Shown here: piece by piece, positions 40,088 to 49,600 of the stretch
Position numbering within the stretch: position 1 is the stretch's first letter
Layout of the letters: every line of letters starts with the position of its first letter
NCBI GenBank assembly: GCA_963719225.1
Contig: CAVRAY010000001.1
Span: 544,001 to 608,000 of the forward strand
Source: Thermoanaerobaculia bacterium
GTDB taxonomy: Bacteria; Acidobacteriota; Thermoanaerobaculia; UBA5066
Reading direction: 5' to 3'
DNA: 64,000 nucleotides
Position numbers and translations under genes: made by a program
Notes under the pieces: generated by a model
Database searches by the model: none
Seen by the model: the letters and a program-made list of their open reading frames with translations, nothing else
Told to the model about the DNA's origin: nothing

Positions 40088-41580
40088 CCCGCCTCCTCAT
40101 CGCGAACCGCGGCGAGATCGCCATCCGGATCATCCGCGCCTGCCGGGATCTCGGGATCTCTCCCGTCGCCGTCTATTCCGAGGCGGACCGGACCGCTCTT
40201 CACGTGCGGCTCGCGGACTGGGCCGTTCCGATCGGCCCGGCGCCCGCGCGCGAGTCCTATCTCGTCGTGGAGAAGATTCTCGACGCGGCGAAGAAGACCG
40301 GCGCCACGATGCTCCATCCGGGCTACGGGTTCCTCTCGGAGAACGCGGCCTTCGCGCGAAGCGTCGTCGAGGCGGGTCTCACGTGGGTCGGCCCGTCGCC
40401 CGACTCCATCGCCGCCATGGGAAGCAAGACCGAGTCGCGAAGGCGGGTTCTGGCGGCAGGAGTCCCGATCGTGCCGGGCATGACGACGCCGGCCAGGTCC
40501 GCGGAGGAGATCGCCGAATTCGGGAGGGAGAACGGCTTTCCGCTCCTCCTCAAGGCCGCGGCGGGCGGCGGCGGGAAGGGGATGCGTGTCGTGAGGAGCG
40601 CCGGAGAGGTCCCCGAGGCGTTCGCGCGCGCGCGCGGCGAGGCGCGCTCCTACTTCGCCGACGACGCCGTGTACGCGGAGCTCTTCGTCGAGCACCCGCG
40701 GCACGTCGAGGTCCAGGTCCTCGGCGATGCGACGGGGCGCATCATCGCCGTGGGCGAGCGCGAGTGCTCGCTCCAGAGGCGGCATCAGAAGGTCTTCGAG
40801 GAATGCCCCTCGGCCGCGGTCGGCCCCGAGCTTCGCGCGCGCATGGAAGCCGTCGCCGTCGCGGCGGCGAAATCCGTGGATTACGTCTCTGCCGGGACGG
40901 TGGAGTTCCTCCTCGCGAAGGACGGGCGCTTCTTCTTCCTCGAGATGAACACCCGGATCCAGGTCGAGCATCCCGTGACGGAGATGGTGTACGGAGTCGA
41001 CCTCGTGGCGGAGATGATCCGGATCGCGCGCGGCGAACCGATGTCCATTCGAGAGAAGCCGGCGCCGCGCGGCCACGCTATCCAGTGCCGCATCTACGCG
41101 GAGGATCCCGCGCACGGCTTCGCTCCCTCGCCCGGCCGCATCCTGCGCCTCAGAAGGCCGCAGGGGCCCGGCATCCGCGTCGACTCCGGCGTCGAGGGCG
41201 GCGACGTCGTGCCGCTCGACTACGATCCGATGATCGCGAAGTTCGTCGCCTGGGGAAGCGACCGCGACGAGGCCTTCCGGCGCATGCGCCGCGCGCTCGC
41301 CGAGTCGCGCGTCGACGGCATCGAAACGTCGATACCCTTTTTCCTGACCCTCCTCGAGGATCCGGACGTCGTGGCGAACCGCATCTCGACCCAGTTCCTC
41401 GACGGCTGGTCCTACGTTCCGAAGCGGCCGCCCGAGGACGTCGCCGCGGCTTCGATGGTCGCGGCCGCGCTCGAGACGATGGACGGCGCGAAGAAGCGGC
41501 GGCCGCCGGGCTCCTCCGGCTCCGGATCGGGCCCCGGCGCGTGGAGGACCGCGCGGACGTCCTTCGGGCTTCGCGAATGA
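40084..41580 (+). CDS. Biotin carboxylase subunit
   Basis: [52 protein letters not shown]. Confidence 0.95.
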   Translation: MTRLLIANRGEIAIRIIRACRDLGISPVAVYSEADRTALHVRLADWAVPIGPAPARESYLVVEKILDAAKKTGATMLHPGYGFLSENAAFARSVVEAGLTWVGPSPDSIAAMGSKTESRRRVLAAGVPIVPGMTTPARSAEEIAEFGRENGFPLLLKAAAGGGGKGMRVVRSAGEVPEAFARARGEARSYFADDAVYAELFVEHPRHVEVQVLGDATGRIIAVGERECSLQRRHQKVFEECPSAAVGPELRARMEAVAVAAAKSVDYVSAGTVEFLLAKDGRFFFLEMNTRIQVEHPVTEMVYGVDLVAEMIRIARGEPMSIREKPAPRGHAIQCRIYAEDPAHGFAPSPGRILRLRRPQGPGIRVDSGVEGGDVVPLDYDPMIAKFVAWGSDRDEAFRRMRRALAESRVDGIETSIPFFLTLLEDPDVVANRISTQFLDGWSYVPKRPPEDVAAASMVAAALETMDGAKKRRPPGSSGSGSGPGAWRTARTSFGLRE

Positions 41581-42101
41581 AGTTCCGCGCGAAGTTCTCC
41601 GATGACCAGGCCGGCCGCGCGCTCGACGTGACGGCCGGCTCCCCCTCGTTCGAGGCCACCCTGGAAGGCGTGCCGCTGGCCGGCGAGGCTCTGGCGGTGC
41701 GCGACGGCGTGTGGTCGCTGATCGGGCCTGACGGGAGACAGATCGAGGTGAGCGTGGCTTTCCATGCCGACGGGTCGGTTCGCGCTTACGCGGCGGGCTG
41801 CCTGTTCGCCTTCGAGCTCCTCGACGAGCTGACGGCGCGCGCGCTGGCGGCGACAGGGGGCAGATCGACGCGCCGCGTCGCCCACGCCGCGGCGGCGATG
41901 CCCGGGCGCGTCCTGAGGGTCCTCGTGACGCTGGGCGAGAAAGTCGTGCAGGGCCAGCCGCTTCTCGTTCTCGAAGCGATGAAGATGGAAAACGAAGTGA
42001 AGTCCCCGCGGGACGGCGTCATCTCCTCGATCGAGGCTTCGGCCGGGAAGGCGGTCTCGGCGGGCGACGTCCTCGTGAGGTTCGAAAGCGGCGGCGAGTG
42101 A
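41577..42101 (+). CDS. Biotin carboxyl carrier protein
   Basis: LEAMKMENEV biotinylation motif. Confidence 0.93.
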   Translation: MKFRAKFSDDQAGRALDVTAGSPSFEATLEGVPLAGEALAVRDGVWSLIGPDGRQIEVSVAFHADGSVRAYAAGCLFAFELLDELTARALAATGGRSTRRVAHAAAAMPGRVLRVLVTLGEKVVQGQPLLVLEAMKMENEVKSPRDGVISSIEASAGKAVSAGDVLVRFESGGE

Positions 42102-42117
42102 GGTTAACCTCCACCCC

Positions 42118-43359
42118 ATGAAATCACGCATCACGCTTCCTGTCCTTTCCCTGCTCGCCGCGGTCCTCGGGTGCGAGGCGGCATCTCCCGCCGGACAGCC
42201 GACCCCTCCGAAGCCGGCGGGATCCACGTCGCCCGCCTCCTCCGCGCCTCACGCCGCGCCCGCGCGCCAGCCGTCGAACGATGCTCTTATGGAATGGGTC
42301 GAGGCGTTCTTCCCGTGGGGCGAGGGCAAGGTCACGATCGAGACGGTCTCGCAGGTCGTCCTCGGCGGCGGCGCCCGCCTCGTCGTGGCCAAGAAAGCCT
42401 TCACCGCCGACGCGCGCATGAACGACCAGGCCTACCTCGTCGTGGAAGACGGCGGGAAAGCGATTCTCGTCGGCGACGTCATCTACGACGAGGAGCGCGC
42501 CAAGAAGCCGGTCCCCGTCCCGATTCGCACGGACGCCGATCTCGACGGCCTGCGCGCGCGGCTCAAGCAGTATCTCCTCGGGGCGTTCTCGCTCGTTCTC
42601 GACCCTGCGAGCGACCGCAGGGGCTGGAAGGGCGTGATCGTAAAGGCCGACACGGGATACGGGAGCTACCCGATGGCCGGCTGGTTGAAGGCCGACGACG
42701 GGACGCTGCTCATTCTCGGCCGGTGGTGGGACCGTGCGCGCTCCGTCGCCGAGCAGCGAAGGGAATACATCAAGCTCCAGGGAACGCCCGCCACCGGACC
42801 GGCCGACGCGCGGGTGACCGTCGTGGAGTACTCCGACATGCAGTGCGGCTTCTGCAAGAAGAGGACGCTCGACTTCGAGAACCTGGTCGCGAAGCTGGGC
42901 AAGGAGCTCAAGATCCGGCGGTACATCAAGTCGTTCCCGCTCACGGGCGCTCATCCCTGGGCGTTCCGGGCCTCCTCGGCGGGACGCTGCTTTTTCGACG
43001 GCCCGGGCGGAGCGGACCTCTTCTTCCGCTGGAAGTCCAACGTCTATGCGAAGCAGGAGGAGCTTTCCGTGCCGCAGGTCGACGCCTTCGCGATGGACTT
43101 CGCGGTCGCGAACGAGCTCGACGAGAAGGCCTTTCGCGCCTGCTACCTCCAGGCGAAGGCGAGCGAGAAGATCCACGCCGACCTGGCCGAAGGCTGGGCC
43201 ATGCGCGTCCGCTCCACGCCGACCTATTTCATCGACGGCGTCTACGTCTCCTGGTTCGGCGACAACGTCATGGAGGAGTTCCTGAGGAAGACGTACCTCG
43301 GGGGGCGAGGCCTTCCTCTCCCCGCGCCTCCGGCGGCATCGACTCCGTCCAAGCACTGA
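42118..43359 (+). CDS. DsbA/DsbG-like thioredoxin-fold lipoprotein
   Basis: Lipobox VLGC, EYSDMQCGFC, VRSTPTYFIDG. Confidence 0.85.
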   Translation: MKSRITLPVLSLLAAVLGCEAASPAGQPTPPKPAGSTSPASSAPHAAPARQPSNDALMEWVEAFFPWGEGKVTIETVSQVVLGGGARLVVAKKAFTADARMNDQAYLVVEDGGKAILVGDVIYDEERAKKPVPVPIRTDADLDGLRARLKQYLLGAFSLVLDPASDRRGWKGVIVKADTGYGSYPMAGWLKADDGTLLILGRWWDRARSVAEQRREYIKLQGTPATGPADARVTVVEYSDMQCGFCKKRTLDFENLVAKLGKELKIRRYIKSFPLTGAHPWAFRASSAGRCFFDGPGGADLFFRWKSNVYAKQEELSVPQVDAFAMDFAVANELDEKAFRACYLQAKASEKIHADLAEGWAMRVRSTPTYFIDGVYVSWFGDNVMEEFLRKTYLGGRGLPLPAPPAASTPSKH

Positions 43360-43371
43360 GAAATCCCTCTC

Positions 43372-45318
43372 TCAATTCTTGAACGGCACCTGGACCACGA
43401 TCCAGACCTTGACCTTGTGGCCGTCCTTCGTGGCGGGCTTCCATTTCCACTGGGCGAGGGCGGATCTGCTCGCTTCCCCGAGGCCCACCTTCAGGGTCGT
43501 GTCGCGCAGGATCTCCACCTTCGCGGGCTCTCCGTTTTCGTCCACGAGGACGCGCAGGAGGACGGTCCCGGAGATGTGACGCTGGATCGCGAGACGCGTG
43601 GCCTGCGGGCTGACCTGGCGCACGGAAACGGGAGGCGTGTCGATCGCGTCGGTGTCGACGAGATCGCCGTCCTTCACGGCCGGCGTCGCGACGACGGCCG
43701 CCGCCTTCTGCGCCTCGGACTTTCGGCGCTCGACCGCTTCGCGCGCGAGACGCGCAGCTTCCTCGCGGTCCGCCTTTCGGCGTAAGACCCGAGCGGTTTC
43801 CTCGGTGTCCTTCGACTTCACGGCCTCCTCCGACGTCTTGTCGATCTCGGCGCGGCGCTTTTTTGCGGCGGCTTCCTGCTCGCGTGCCGCCTTCGCCTCC
43901 CGCTTCTTGAGCTCCTCCTGGAGCTTCTTTTCGACGGCGGCCACGAACAGCGGGTCTTCCTTTCCGACCACGATCGGAGCGGGTGTCGGCACCGGCGTGG
44001 GCGGCGCGAGGGTGGGTGCGGGCGCGGGCGTCGGCACCGGAAGGGGAGGCGACGCCGAGGGCCTGAGGGCGAAATACGCGCCGCCCGCGAGGAGCAGGAC
44101 GGCCCCGAGGGCGACGGCCCACAGCGGCACGCCGCCCAGCGGTTTCTTCGGCGGGGGTTCACCGACGCGCACGGGAACCGGCCCCGAACGCGACGTACGT
44201 TCAGGAGGCCGGAGGGGGGGCGCGGGCCGGCGGCGCGTCCCGGTGGAAGAGTCGAGCCGGCGCGATCCGGTGGAGGATTCGAGCCGGCGCGAGCCGCTTC
44301 CCTCGACGACCGGAGCCAGGAGCGGTCCGAGGACAGGGGCCGGTGCGGGAACGGGAGGGAGGGCGAGCGTGTTCGGGTCGATTTCTTCTTCGGCGGCCAG
44401 CTCGAGCCTCTCGCGCTGGATCGCCTTGTCGAAGTGCTTCTGCAGGAAGAAGGCGAGGTTGAACGTGGAGGGCGCATAGGGGCCGCCGTAGAGGAGCGCC
44501 GACAGGTCTTTGCGGAAGGACGAGATCTGCCGATCGCGCATGCGCGGGTCCGGATGCAGCGCCCGCCGCAGGAGTCGGCGGATGTCCTCGGGCACGGGGC
44601 TGCCGTCCACGGCGAGGGTCGCGCTTTCGACGGATTCGAGGGCGACGCCGGGCGGCGGCGCGCGGCCCGTGAGCGCTTCGTAGAGAATCGCGCCCACGGA
44701 ATACAGGTCGCCGGGCGTCGACGGTTTTCCCTCGGCGAAGACTTCCGGGGCGACGTAGGGCCCGAACGTCTGCCTGGTGCGGGCGTTCTTCAGGGCCGGC
44801 AGGAGGCCGGCGCCGAGCGCATATCCGAACACGCGCGCTTCCCCCTCGTTGGAAATGCAGACGAACGCAGGCACGAGAAACCCGTGCGGGGCCCCCGTGA
44901 AGCGCTCGACGGCCGCTCCGGCTTCGAGAGCGGTGAGCAGCCGTTCCGCGATGAGGAGGCCGTGCTCGACCGGCAGCGGGGACCCGAGAAGGCGGGCGGC
45001 GAGAAGGTGATCGAGGGTGCGCCCTTCGACGTACTGGGTGCCCAGGAACGGGATGTCGTCGATGGCGCCCATCACGGTCCCGCGGGCGACGGTCGGCCCC
45101 TGAACGTCGTCGACGAGGTTCACGGCGGTTTCCATCGCGGACAAGAGCGCCGGCCGGTCGATCGCCGGCGCCGTGAACGTCCGCACGAGGAGGAAAGGCT
45201 TCAGCCTGGGTTCGCCCGCCGTCCCGGCCCGCCAGGCTTCACCGAGAGCGTCCGTGCCAAGGGCGCGTGTCAGGACATAAGGCCCGAACGGCCGCGGGCT
45301 CGGTGCGGAGGCGCTCAT
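43372..45318 (-). CDS. Ser/Thr pseudokinase-TM-TonB C-terminal fusion
   Basis: Kinase fold (YVAPE, GDLYSVG) lacking catalytic motifs; one TM; TonB_C GTVLLRVLVDENG...WKWKPA. Confidence 0.85.
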   Translation of the reverse strand: MSASAPSPRPFGPYVLTRALGTDALGEAWRAGTAGEPRLKPFLLVRTFTAPAIDRPALLSAMETAVNLVDDVQGPTVARGTVMGAIDDIPFLGTQYVEGRTLDHLLAARLLGSPLPVEHGLLIAERLLTALEAGAAVERFTGAPHGFLVPAFVCISNEGEARVFGYALGAGLLPALKNARTRQTFGPYVAPEVFAEGKPSTPGDLYSVGAILYEALTGRAPPPGVALESVESATLAVDGSPVPEDIRRLLRRALHPDPRMRDRQISSFRKDLSALLYGGPYAPSTFNLAFFLQKHFDKAIQRERLELAAEEEIDPNTLALPPVPAPAPVLGPLLAPVVEGSGSRRLESSTGSRRLDSSTGTRRRPAPPLRPPERTSRSGPVPVRVGEPPPKKPLGGVPLWAVALGAVLLLAGGAYFALRPSASPPLPVPTPAPAPTLAPPTPVPTPAPIVVGKEDPLFVAAVEKKLQEELKKREAKAAREQEAAAKKRRAEIDKTSEEAVKSKDTEETARVLRRKADREEAARLAREAVERRKSEAQKAAAVVATPAVKDGDLVDTDAIDTPPVSVRQVSPQATRLAIQRHISGTVLLRVLVDENGEPAKVEILRDTTLKVGLGEASRSALAQWKWKPATKDGHKVKVWIVVQVPFKN

Positions 45319-45386
45319 GAGCTTTTCGGAAGCGGACCCTTGAGTGTAGCAAGGAACTGGCCTCCCTCGACCAGCGGGCTGCGGGC

Positions 45387-46451
45387 CTAGCGTTCGGCGG
45401 CCTGCGCCTCCCGCCGCGTCTGGCGGTAGCGCGCCGCGTTTCGCTGCTGCTCCTCGTAGTCCTGGGAGAACGAGTGCGACCCGTCGCCCGCCGCCACGAA
45501 GTAGAGGAACGAGACGTCCGCGGGAGCGATCGACGCCCTCAGGGACGCGAGCCCCGGGTTGCAGATCGGGCCCGGCGGAAGTCCCGGGTTCACGTAGGTG
45601 TTGAAGGGCTCATCCACGGCCAGCTCGGAGCGCGCGAGGGAGCCGCGCCAGAGCCCGAGCCTCTTCAGGGCGTAGATCGTGGTCGGATCGCATTGCAGGA
45701 GCATCCCCTTGCGCAGGCGGTTCCGGTAAACGGCCGACACGATCGGCCGTTCGGCCGTGACGGCCGTCTCCTTCTCGACCAGCGAGGCGAGGGTCGTGGC
45801 CTGAAGCAGCGTCATCCCCTGCGCGCGGGCCTTCTGCTCGAACCCGTCCGGGAGCCTGCGACCGAACTGCCGGGTCATCGCCCCGAGGATCTCCCGCGCG
45901 CCCATCGAGCGCGTCACGATGTACGTGTCCGGAAAGAGGAAGCCTTCCAGCGAGGGCGCGTCCTTCGGGACGCCTTCGAACTCGTCGGGCTTCTGAAAGA
46001 GAGCCTGATAGTCGCGCATCGTGGAGAAGTTCTGCGACGCGAACAGGGTGAAGACCTCGTCGGCGGTGAAGCCCTCGGGCACGGTGATCCGGTAGGTCAC
46101 GACGTCTCCGGCGACGATCGAAAGGACGACCTGCTCGGGCGTGCGCGGTCCCGCGAACCGGTACTCGCCCGCCTTGAGCGTCTTGCCCTGATGAAGCACC
46201 TTGAGAGCCACCATGCCGAGACGCCAGTCGCGCAGGACTCCTTTCGACTCGAGCATCTCGAACACGCTCGCGGAGGGCGTGCGCGGCGCAATCGTCACGA
46301 TGACCTCCTCGCCTGGATACCCCTGATACGGGGTTCTCAGGACGAAGGACACGAACGCGATGGCCACCGCGATGCCGACGACGACGAGGGCGATCACCCA
46401 CGCGGACAAAGACGTGGCGTGACGTCTGTGGGACGAGCGATGCTCGAGCAC
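45387..46451 (-). CDS. mltG: Endolytic murein transglycosylase
   Basis: LKAGEY, TVPEG, LEGFLFPDTY, LASLVEKET, LQCDPT, GLPPGPICNPG. Confidence 0.96.
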   Translation of the reverse strand: MLEHRSSHRRHATSLSAWVIALVVVGIAVAIAFVSFVLRTPYQGYPGEEVIVTIAPRTPSASVFEMLESKGVLRDWRLGMVALKVLHQGKTLKAGEYRFAGPRTPEQVVLSIVAGDVVTYRITVPEGFTADEVFTLFASQNFSTMRDYQALFQKPDEFEGVPKDAPSLEGFLFPDTYIVTRSMGAREILGAMTRQFGRRLPDGFEQKARAQGMTLLQATTLASLVEKETAVTAERPIVSAVYRNRLRKGMLLQCDPTTIYALKRLGLWRGSLARSELAVDEPFNTYVNPGLPPGPICNPGLASLRASIAPADVSFLYFVAAGDGSHSFSQDYEEQQRNAARYRQTRREAQAAER

Positions 46452-46471
46452 GGGCGGCTTCGCGGAGCGCC

Positions 46472-46900
46472 TCAGCGCGTGCCGCGCGCCTCGTCGCGCT
46501 CGAAGAAATAGTCCCTGAGGAGAATGGCCGCCGCTTCCGCGTCCCGGGCGGACTTCCGGCGGCCCCCGCGAAAGCCGGCCTCGACGAGAGTCCGCTCGGC
46601 CGAAACCGTCGTCAGCCCCTCGCCGTGGAGATCGACGGGCAGCCCCGACGACTCACGAAGCCGCCGTGCGAAGTTCCGGACGCGGCGCGCCCAGGCACCT
46701 TCGCGGCCGTCCGCGCCCAACGGATGACCTACGACGATGCGAAGCACGTCGCGTTCCCGGGCGGCGGCGACGACGGCGGCCGCGGCCTGAAGATCGCTCT
46801 TGCGCGGCAGAACGCCTACCGGCACCACGACGCGGCCGGTCTCGTCAGAGACGGCGAGCCCGATCCTTTTCTCCCCGAAGTCGACGGCCAGGATGCGCAC
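46472..46900 (-). CDS. ruvX: YqgF/RuvX nuclease
   Basis: ILAVDFGEKRIGLAVSD...DAEAAAILL; next to mltG. Confidence 0.93.
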   Translation of the reverse strand: MRILAVDFGEKRIGLAVSDETGRVVVPVGVLPRKSDLQAAAAVVAAARERDVLRIVVGHPLGADGREGAWARRVRNFARRLRESSGLPVDLHGEGLTTVSAERTLVEAGFRGGRRKSARDAEAAAILLRDYFFERDEARGTR

Positions 46901-47003
46901 GACCCGAATCGTAGGAGGCCCCCTCGGCGAAGTCCACTGCGGCTACAATCGCCCTCTTGGGCGGTCCGCGCGCTGCGGATCGGCCGCGGGAGCACATCCT
47001 CAT

Positions 47004-48182
47004 ATGAACGACGTCTTCGTCCTCTCCGCCGCCCGGACGCCGGTCGGCACGTTTCTCGGCGCGCTCGCGCCTCTTTCCGCGTCGCGCCTCGGCGCGGTCG
47101 CGATCAAGGCCGCGCTCGAGCGCGCGGAAGTCCCCCCGTCTTCGGTCTCCCACGTGTGGATGGGGAACGTCCTGCAGGCGGGTCAGGGCCAGGCTCCCGC
47201 GCGGCAGGCGGCGCTCGCCGCGGACCTGCCTCCCGCCACCGGCTGCATCACGGTCCACAAGGTGTGCGGGTCCGGGATGCGGGCCGTGATGGACGCCGCG
47301 AACGCGCTGCGCGTCGGCGAATTCGACGTCGCCGTCGCGGGCGGCATGGAATCCATGTCGAATGCTCCATACCTGCTTCCGAAGGGCCGCTCCGGCCAGC
47401 GGATGGGCCACGGCCAGATTCTCGATTCGATGATCTCGGACGGCCTCTGGGACCCCTACAAGAACGTCCACATGGGCAACTGCGCCGAGCTCTGCGCAGC
47501 GAAGTACTCGTTCACGCGAGAGGCGCAGGACGCGTTCGCGCTCGAGAGCTACCAGCGCGCGCGCCGTGCGAACGAAGCGGGCGACTTCAAGGCCGAGTTC
47601 GCTCCCGTGACCGTCGACGCGAAGAAGGGCCCCATCACCGTGGATCGCGACGAGGAGCCCTTCGCGACGCCGCTCGAGAAGCTCGAGAAGATGGGGACGC
47701 TGAAGCCGGCTTTCCAGAAGGACGGCACCGTGACCGCCGCGAATTCGTCGAAGATCAACGACGGCGCGTCGGCGCTCGTCCTCGTCTCCGAGGCGAGTCT
47801 GGGAAACTGGAAGCCGATCGCCCGTGTCGTCGCGCAGGCGTCGCATGCCCAGGAGCCGGAGTGGTTCACGACGGCGCCCGTGGCGGCCGCGCGGAAGGCG
47901 GCCGAAAAGGCCGGGATCCCGCTGTCCCAGGTCGACCTTTTCGAGGTGAACGAGGCCTTCGCGGTCGTCGCGATGGCGTTCATCGAGGATCTCGCTCTCG
48001 ACCCGAACAAGGTGAACGTGAACGGCGGGGCCGTGGCCCTCGGTCATCCGATCGGCTCCTCGGGCTCGCGCATCCTGACGACGCTCATCCACGCGCTGCG
48101 CGCCCGCAAGAAGAAGTACGGCCTCGCCTCGATCTGCATCGGGGGCGGCGAAGCGACCGCCGTCGTCGTCGAAGCGCTCTAG
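47004..48182 (+). CDS. Acetyl-CoA acetyltransferase (thiolase)
   Basis: [28 protein letters not shown]. Confidence 0.95.
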   Translation: MNDVFVLSAARTPVGTFLGALAPLSASRLGAVAIKAALERAEVPPSSVSHVWMGNVLQAGQGQAPARQAALAADLPPATGCITVHKVCGSGMRAVMDAANALRVGEFDVAVAGGMESMSNAPYLLPKGRSGQRMGHGQILDSMISDGLWDPYKNVHMGNCAELCAAKYSFTREAQDAFALESYQRARRANEAGDFKAEFAPVTVDAKKGPITVDRDEEPFATPLEKLEKMGTLKPAFQKDGTVTAANSSKINDGASALVLVSEASLGNWKPIARVVAQASHAQEPEWFTTAPVAAARKAAEKAGIPLSQVDLFEVNEAFAVVAMAFIEDLALDPNKVNVNGGAVALGHPIGSSGSRILTTLIHALRARKKKYGLASICIGGGEATAVVVEAL

Positions 48183-48192
48183 AATCGGGCCG

Positions 48193-48906
48193 ATGGTCGA
48201 CAAGGTCGTCCACGGAGCCACCCCTCGAGAGGCGGCGGCGAAGGCCGTGAAGGACGTCCCGTCCGGCACGACCCTCGTCGTGGGCGGCTTCGGTCTGTGT
48301 GGAATCCCGGAGAATCTCATCGCGGCGCTCGCCGAGAGCGACGTCTCGAAGCTGACGTGCGTCTCGAACAACTGCGGCGTCGACGACTGGGGGCTCGGCA
48401 TTCTCCTCGGGAAGAAGAAGATCCGGAAGATGATCTCGTCCTACGTCGGCGAGAACGCCGAGTTCGAGAGACAGTACCTTGCGGGCGAGCTCGAGCTCGA
48501 GTTCTGCCCGCAGGGCACGCTCGCCGAGCGGATGCGTGCCGGCGGCGCCGGCATCGCCGGCTTCTACACGCCGACGGGCGCCGGCACGATCGTGGCGGAG
48601 GGAAAAGAGACGAAGGTCTTCGAGGGGAGGGAATACGTCCTGGAGCGCGGCCTCGTGGGCGACTTCGCGCTCGTCGCCGCCTGGAAAGGCGACCGGCTCG
48701 GCAACCTCGTGTACCGGAAAACCGCGCGGAACTTCAACCCGATGGCCGCGACGGCGGGAAGGATCACGATCGCCGAGGTCGAGGAGCTCGTCGAGCCCGG
48801 CGGCCTCGATCCGGACGAGATCGACACGCCCGGCATCTTCGTCAAGCGCGTCGTCGTGGCGCCCCGCGTCAAGCGCATCGAGCGGCGCACCGTGCGGAAG
48901 GGCTGA
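48193..48906 (+). CDS. scoA: 3-oxoacid CoA-transferase subunit A
   Basis: [28 protein letters not shown]. Confidence 0.93.
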   Translation: MVDKVVHGATPREAAAKAVKDVPSGTTLVVGGFGLCGIPENLIAALAESDVSKLTCVSNNCGVDDWGLGILLGKKKIRKMISSYVGENAEFERQYLAGELELEFCPQGTLAERMRAGGAGIAGFYTPTGAGTIVAEGKETKVFEGREYVLERGLVGDFALVAAWKGDRLGNLVYRKTARNFNPMAATAGRITIAEVEELVEPGGLDPDEIDTPGIFVKRVVVAPRVKRIERRTVRKG

Positions 48907-48908
48907 GG

Positions 48909-49571
48909 ATGGCGAAGCTCGACCGGGACGGCATCGTCCGGCGCGCGGCGCAGGAGCTTCGCGACGGGATGTACGTGAACCTCGGCATCGGCATGCCGAC
49001 GCTCGTCTCGAACTGCATCCCGAAGGGCATGGAGGTCATTCTCCAGTCCGAGAACGGCATCCTCGGCATGGGACCGTATCCCACCGAAAGCGAGGTCGAT
49101 CCCGACCTCATCAACGCCGGCAAGGAAACCGTCACGGTCGTCCCCGGCGCCGCGTTCTTCTCGTCGGCCGATTCGTTCGCGATGATCCGCGGCGGTCACA
49201 TCGACCTCTGCATCCTGGGCGCGATGCAGGTGGACGCCGAGGGGTCGATCGCGAATTGGATGATTCCCGGAAAGCTCGTGAAGGGGATGGGCGGCGCGAT
49301 GGACCTCGTCGCGGCGGCGCGCCGCATCGTGGTCACGATGGAGCACGTCGCGAAGAACGGCGAGAAGAAGATCCTGAACCGCTGCACGCTCCCGCTCACG
49401 GGCAAGGGCTGCGTCCACCGCATCATCACCGACCTCGCCGTCCTCGACGTGAAGAAGGGCGGAGGCCTCGTCCTCAAAGAGCGCGCGCCAGGCGTCTCGG
49501 TGGACGAAATCCGCGCGGCCACGGAGCCGCCGCTCGAGACGGCGGGCGACGTGCCCGAGATGAAGGTCTGA
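48909..49571 (+). CDS. scoB: 3-oxoacid CoA-transferase subunit B
   Basis: [23 protein letters not shown]. Confidence 0.93.
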   Translation: MAKLDRDGIVRRAAQELRDGMYVNLGIGMPTLVSNCIPKGMEVILQSENGILGMGPYPTESEVDPDLINAGKETVTVVPGAAFFSSADSFAMIRGGHIDLCILGAMQVDAEGSIANWMIPGKLVKGMGGAMDLVAAARRIVVTMEHVAKNGEKKILNRCTLPLTGKGCVHRIITDLAVLDVKKGGGLVLKERAPGVSVDEIRAATEPPLETAGDVPEMKV

Positions 49572-49600
49572 CGGGCGCGCCGATTGCTCCTTCCTTAGGC

